In this document: piece after piece, positions 60,088 through 64,000 of the stretch
How positions within the stretch are numbered: position 1 is the stretch's first letter
How the letters are laid out: every line of letters starts with the position of its first letter
DNA from: an uncultured Candidatus Binatia bacterium
GTDB taxonomy: Bacteria; Desulfobacterota; Binatia; UBA9968; CAXXLF01
Direction of reading: 5' to 3'
Assembly: GCA_965218425.1 (NCBI GenBank)
Contig: OZ244621.1
Span: 1,760,001-1,824,000 of the forward strand
Length of the DNA stretch: 64,000 nucleotides
Translations under genes and position numbers: made by a program
The notes under the pieces: model-generated
Told to the model about the DNA's origin: nothing
What the model saw: only the letters and a program-made list of their open reading frames with translations
Databases searched by the model: none

Positions 60088-61526
60088 TCATATAACTCCG
60101 GCTGGACTTAGAAGATATGCGGTGGCCAGGGTTATATAGGCCAGGCATGAAACCATGAGGAGGCCAAGGCTCAGCCTCCCCGGTTTCGCCTCGGTGGGTA
60201 GGTGACGTGGCAGGATAATGTGGTTCAAGAAAACCAGGGCAATGGAGAATAGGACCGTGCCCACAAAACCGATGACGGCGGAGAGCAAAATGAGGGGGCC
60301 GGGTGCGTTTAGTTGGATGGTTATTGCGGTGACTACGGAGAGAAGCAAAACAAAGAACAGGTACCAGGAGCGCACGGGGATCTTTTGGGCACGTGGGAAG
60401 AAGCCGTAGACAAGGTCCGTATGAATCCGGCTCACGCCGTCCACGGTGGCGAGCCAGGTGTCAGAAAGAAAGGCCGCAGCCACAATGAGGAATAGGATTC
60501 GCCCAATGGGTCCCCAACTAATTTCGAAAAATCGGCTTTGGACCACCGCCAGCTCGTAGCCGTCGGGCAGTATACCTTTTGGAAAGAGTAACGCATAGGC
60601 CAGGAGACAGGTCATGGGCGTCGTCAAGATATTGCCTCCGATACCGACCCAACATCACAAACCAAATAGCGTCGCCATTTCGGCAGCTCCTTGAGATATG
60701 AGTCCTCCTCGGGGATAAACCCCGAGGAGGGGATTACCTCCGGCTTGCCAGTGACGGGTCCTGTGATCCGGCCGACGTAGTGGGCAAGCCCAATGCCCTT
60801 GTCACGGATCCAGTAGGAGTAGAGGAGGGTCCAGAAACCGCCAAGGCCAGCGAAGGTAATCGCAGTGAGAAGTTTTGTGGCGTCATTGGTGTCCCAGGGC
60901 CTTGGCATTGGCAGTTGGGGGACAAAAAGACCCTTCAGGAAAGAGGGGAGGACTCGGAGGGCATCGGGATGCGTCGAGGCCCAGAAAAGCCCCACCAAAG
61001 TTACCAGAGCCACCGCCCACATGAAAACCCCTATCACTCGGTAGACGATGCGGCTCATTAGAATCGCGAATAAAAAAACTGTCATTGAGAGATATGCCCA
61101 GAAAAGGGTCTGGCCCCTTTGACTCCACCCAGCAGGAAAGTCCGTCAGTGCTGCGAGGGAAGTCCCTCCGGCTGCTGCAAAGGCGCCAAACCAGAGAAAG
61201 GAGAGGGTTAGGAGGATCCATAGGACGAGAGCGAAATAGCGGTTCAAGCGCATAAACCCCTGGCAAATGCTTTCTCCGGTGAGTGTTGTGTAACGGCCAA
61301 TCTCGTAAATTATGGGGAATTGCAACAAGCAGGCAGGGAGAAGTAAGAAGAGAAAAGTGAGCCCGTATTTGGCGATTATGAACGGCCACCAAATAAATTC
61401 ACCGCTCCCTTGAGCTAGGGCCATGAAAATGACCCCTGGTCCAAGGGTAGCGATCAATCCTGGAAATACAGGGAAGGAGGCCTTCCGGTAGGCGGGAAGG
61501 ATTCCCCAAGGTTGACCGTCCGCCAT
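60088..61526 (-). pseudogene. Nramp-like (YcsG-type) membrane transporter split by a single frameshift near 60649
   Basis: LGPG....A...GSGE...WP...A.YG, EIGRYT..TGES; one extra G in GGG (60648-60650) fuses the two ORFs as DVGVGIGGNILTTPMT. Confidence 0.75.
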
Positions 61527-61530
61527 CCAG

Positions 61531-62265
61531 TCAGTGTTCCTCGACGCGATGGATGGCCCCGCTTGGTAGGGCGCTCATGAGTTTTTCGAAAGCCTGATTC
61601 AAATAATCCTTTTCTTTGGATTCTAGGGTGAGTTTTACTTTGTAATTCGGATCCCCCAACACTGGATAAGAGCCCAGGCCTATATGGGGATAAGAGGCCT
61701 GCAGTTGGTTGAGGGTCGAAGCGATGGACCCTTCGTTCTCCTTTACGTAGATAACTTTAAGGTGGAAAGGGATGTCCCTGAACCGGTCCTTGATTGCGCG
61801 AAACTGATCGTAGAAGATCTTTGGGATCCCCGGAAAGATGTAGACGTTACGAAATTTGGTGACGGGCATGTACATAAATTCCAATTCGATGAGCTCCGAA
61901 CCCTCTGGAACCTCGGCCAGGCGTAGTCTGGCTTCGTTGATGTTCTTCCCATGGCGGGCATGGAGGCGCCGTTCCAGGTCCGGGTGTCGAACGACTTTAA
62001 CTCCAAAGCCATGAGCGATTCCGGCCATGGTGACGTCATCATGGGTGGGACCCACCCCGCCCGTGGTGAAGACAAAATCCCATTTTTTCGCAAAGTCCGC
62101 GGCCTCCTCGCCAATGAGGTGGATCTCATCCGGAACGACTGTGACCCGCCGAACGTCTACTCCAAGGGAACGTAGCTCGGTGCAGAGAAAATAAGAGTTG
62201 CTGTCCTGGGTTTTGCCCGAGAGGATCTCATTGCCGATGATTATGATGCCTGCCATCTTGGACAT
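61531..62265 (-). CDS. CinA-N / molybdopterin-binding domain protein
   Basis: IIIGNEILSGK..D.N, VPD, TGGVGPTHDD.T, PGIP, GSYP. Confidence 0.88.
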   Translation of the reverse strand: MSKMAGIIIIGNEILSGKTQDSNSYFLCTELRSLGVDVRRVTVVPDEIHLIGEEAADFAKKWDFVFTTGGVGPTHDDVTMAGIAHGFGVKVVRHPDLERRLHARHGKNINEARLRLAEVPEGSELIELEFMYMPVTKFRNVYIFPGIPKIFYDQFRAIKDRFRDIPFHLKVIYVKENEGSIASTLNQLQASYPHIGLGSYPVLGDPNYKVKLTLESKEKDYLNQAFEKLMSALPSGAIHRVEEH

Positions 62266-62536
62266 GAAAATGGCCTTGTTCGTGAAACTCGTGAACTATA
62301 CACTAAAAATCCGGCTTAGTACCAGGATTGAAGCTGAGGGTTTATTGAAGGCGCCGGCTAAGTATCGAATTCGGAGCAGCTCTGAAAGTAACCACACTCT
62401 AGGTTCGAGCAAACAAATCGGCATTTCCGGTTCATCAATTTGGAGCTGCATACTGGACAGAAATCCCACCAGTTGTCTTGTCGTTTCTCGGTTGTTTCGG
62501 GCTCGTCCATGAATTTAGTCCACGATTCAACGCTAC

Positions 62537-62674
62537 TTACGAATGCGGATGACAGTCCCCAACGGTGATGGACAGCTCACCACGAGGCTGTTTCGTTACG
62601 TGCTCGGCGGATGGAGCGAGCGAGGAGAGGGCAACGGCCCCAAGGAGCACCAGCAAGATCCAAAGATACCTCAT
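62537..62674 (-). CDS. Possible small secreted peptide
   Basis: MRYLWILLVLLGAVALSSLAPSA signal-like start, ends in DCHPHS; no clear SD. Confidence 0.3.
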   Translation of the reverse strand: MRYLWILLVLLGAVALSSLAPSAEHVTKQPRGELSITVGDCHPHS

Positions 62675-62772
62675 ACTTTGGGGGGATTGTACACCGTGGG
62701 CAGCACCTAAGACAACCAAAAAGTTGTCAGCCGTTGAAGTTGTGTGACCTCCCGTAATATATTGGTCTGCCC

Positions 62773-63735
62773 GTGTCAGAGACTATGGTTCAAATTGAGC
62801 GCTTGAGGAAGTCTTATGGGGCCATCGTTGCCCTTGATGACATCTCTCTCGAGATCGAAAAGGGAAGAATTTTCGGCCTTTTGGGGCCCAATGGTGCAGG
62901 CAAAACCACTACGGTGAAGATCCTGACTACCCTGGCACGTCCCGACAGCGGTGGGGTTAGAGTGGCAGGAGTGGATGTAAGGGAGGACCCCGCCAAGGTG
63001 CGAAGCCTCATCGGTTATGTGCCTCAAGAGTTGACGGTGGATCCCTATCTCACGGTCCGCGAGCATCTAAAATACTATGGTGACCTTTATCATCTATCCT
63101 CTTCGGTGAGGGAGGCCCATGTGAGCGAGCTGTTGGAGTTGTTGGGACTGGTGGGCTCTGAGGATAGGCGAGTCAAATATTTTTCCGGTGGCATGAAGAA
63201 AAAGCTGGACTTGGCCTGTGGTCTGATACACCGCCCGCCCCTGATTCTCCTGGATGAGCCTTCCCTGGGATTGGATGTTCACGTGCGTAGGGAGGTGTGG
63301 AATTATATCCTGGGGCTCAGGGATCGGGGAACAACCATTTTTCTCTGCACGAATTACATGGACGAGGCAGAGCACCTGTGTGATGAGCTTGCCATTATCG
63401 ACCGGGGAAAGATTGTGGTAACGGGTGCCCCCAGTGATCTCCGGGGCCGGCTCAGGAGGGATGTGGTCTCGATTGAGGTGGAGGGAAGGGACAAAGACCA
63501 TACGGGCGCCATTAAGAGCATGGAAGCTTCCTTGTCCCGACTGCAGGGCGTGCAAGGTACCGCTGCACATGGCACTGTGCTCAAGGTTTATGTGGAGAGT
63601 GACGATACGGTGCTGCTGAAAATCCTTGAAGCCGTTCGGGAAGCCAGTGTTCCGATTCACTCCATCACCCATAGCCGGCCAGGCTTGGACGAGGTGTTTC
63701 TCCACCATACGGGGCACCCCTTGGAGGAAAGTTAG
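62773..63735 (+). CDS. ABC-2 type exporter ATP-binding protein (DrrA-like)
   Basis: GPNGAGKTT, GYVPQ, FSGGM, LDEP, L..VFL..TG. Confidence 0.92.
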   Translation: MSETMVQIERLRKSYGAIVALDDISLEIEKGRIFGLLGPNGAGKTTTVKILTTLARPDSGGVRVAGVDVREDPAKVRSLIGYVPQELTVDPYLTVREHLKYYGDLYHLSSSVREAHVSELLELLGLVGSEDRRVKYFSGGMKKKLDLACGLIHRPPLILLDEPSLGLDVHVRREVWNYILGLRDRGTTIFLCTNYMDEAEHLCDELAIIDRGKIVVTGAPSDLRGRLRRDVVSIEVEGRDKDHTGAIKSMEASLSRLQGVQGTAAHGTVLKVYVESDDTVLLKILEAVREASVPIHSITHSRPGLDEVFLHHTGHPLEES

Positions 63736-63741
63736 ATCATC

Positions 63742-64000
63742 ATGCTTGAGTTTCTACAAGAAACCAAAGCGCAATTGGTGCGCTGGCTGATCCGGCTACG
63801 ACGCGAACCTTTCAGTGTGGCCTTCAACTTGGTTAACCCAGTGATCCTGCTTATTTTTATGGGCGGCGCCTTTCAAGGTCTCATGGGTGACTCCATCGTG
63901 GGAGGGTATCGTGGCTATCTCATGGCGGGGGTTTTGGCGTTGACGGCATTTGGCAATAGTATGGGAGGGGGGATCGCCCTGCTTTTTGACAAGGAGAATG
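63742..64000 (+). CDS. ABC-2 type permease, truncated by window end
   Basis: MLEFLQETKAQLVRWLIRLRREP..., Y..YLMAG, LFDKEN; follows the ATPase gene. Confidence 0.8.
   Translation, partial: MLEFLQETKAQLVRWLIRLRREPFSVAFNLVNPVILLIFMGGAFQGLMGDSIVGGYRGYLMAGVLALTAFGNSMGGGIALLFDKEN

Overview
Bacterial chromosomal segment near the replication origin. Gene order and the split ATP synthase operons fit Deltaproteobacteria sensu lato, possibly Ca. Binatia (inference, not verified). Core blocks: 3' end of the nuo operon (nuoJKLMN); tmk-holB-metG-tatD; mnmE-mnmG-rsmG-parA-parB with two parS-like sites; atpF'FHAGD with no atpC after atpD; hemL-atpZ-atpI-atpB-atpE; an oriC-like intergenic region in front of dnaN with no dnaA in the window; moaBDE. 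The accessory block (about 26.9-48.4 kb) holds a cupin plus EutA-like pair without eutBC, an amidohydrolase plus LLM oxidoreductase, a UbiD-family enzyme, and two metal-uptake systems. One system is led by a RAPP-ending leader peptide with an RBS-masking hairpin. The other follows nikR, has two NikR-like operators, and is followed by Cox11-like, SCO and VKOR-Trx genes. Non-coding highlights: a promoter-linked ~300 nt highly structured RNA candidate (34.02-34.31 kb), a ~185 nt rod-like hairpin between metG and tatD, a structured leader before atpF', and a modular repeat family (4 copies, ~160-400 bp) with a compensatory base change. Three genes are frameshifted (NUDIX, egtB, Nramp-like). No rRNA, tRNA, CRISPR array or transposase was recognised. 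All calls come from reading the sequence by eye; no database searches were run.
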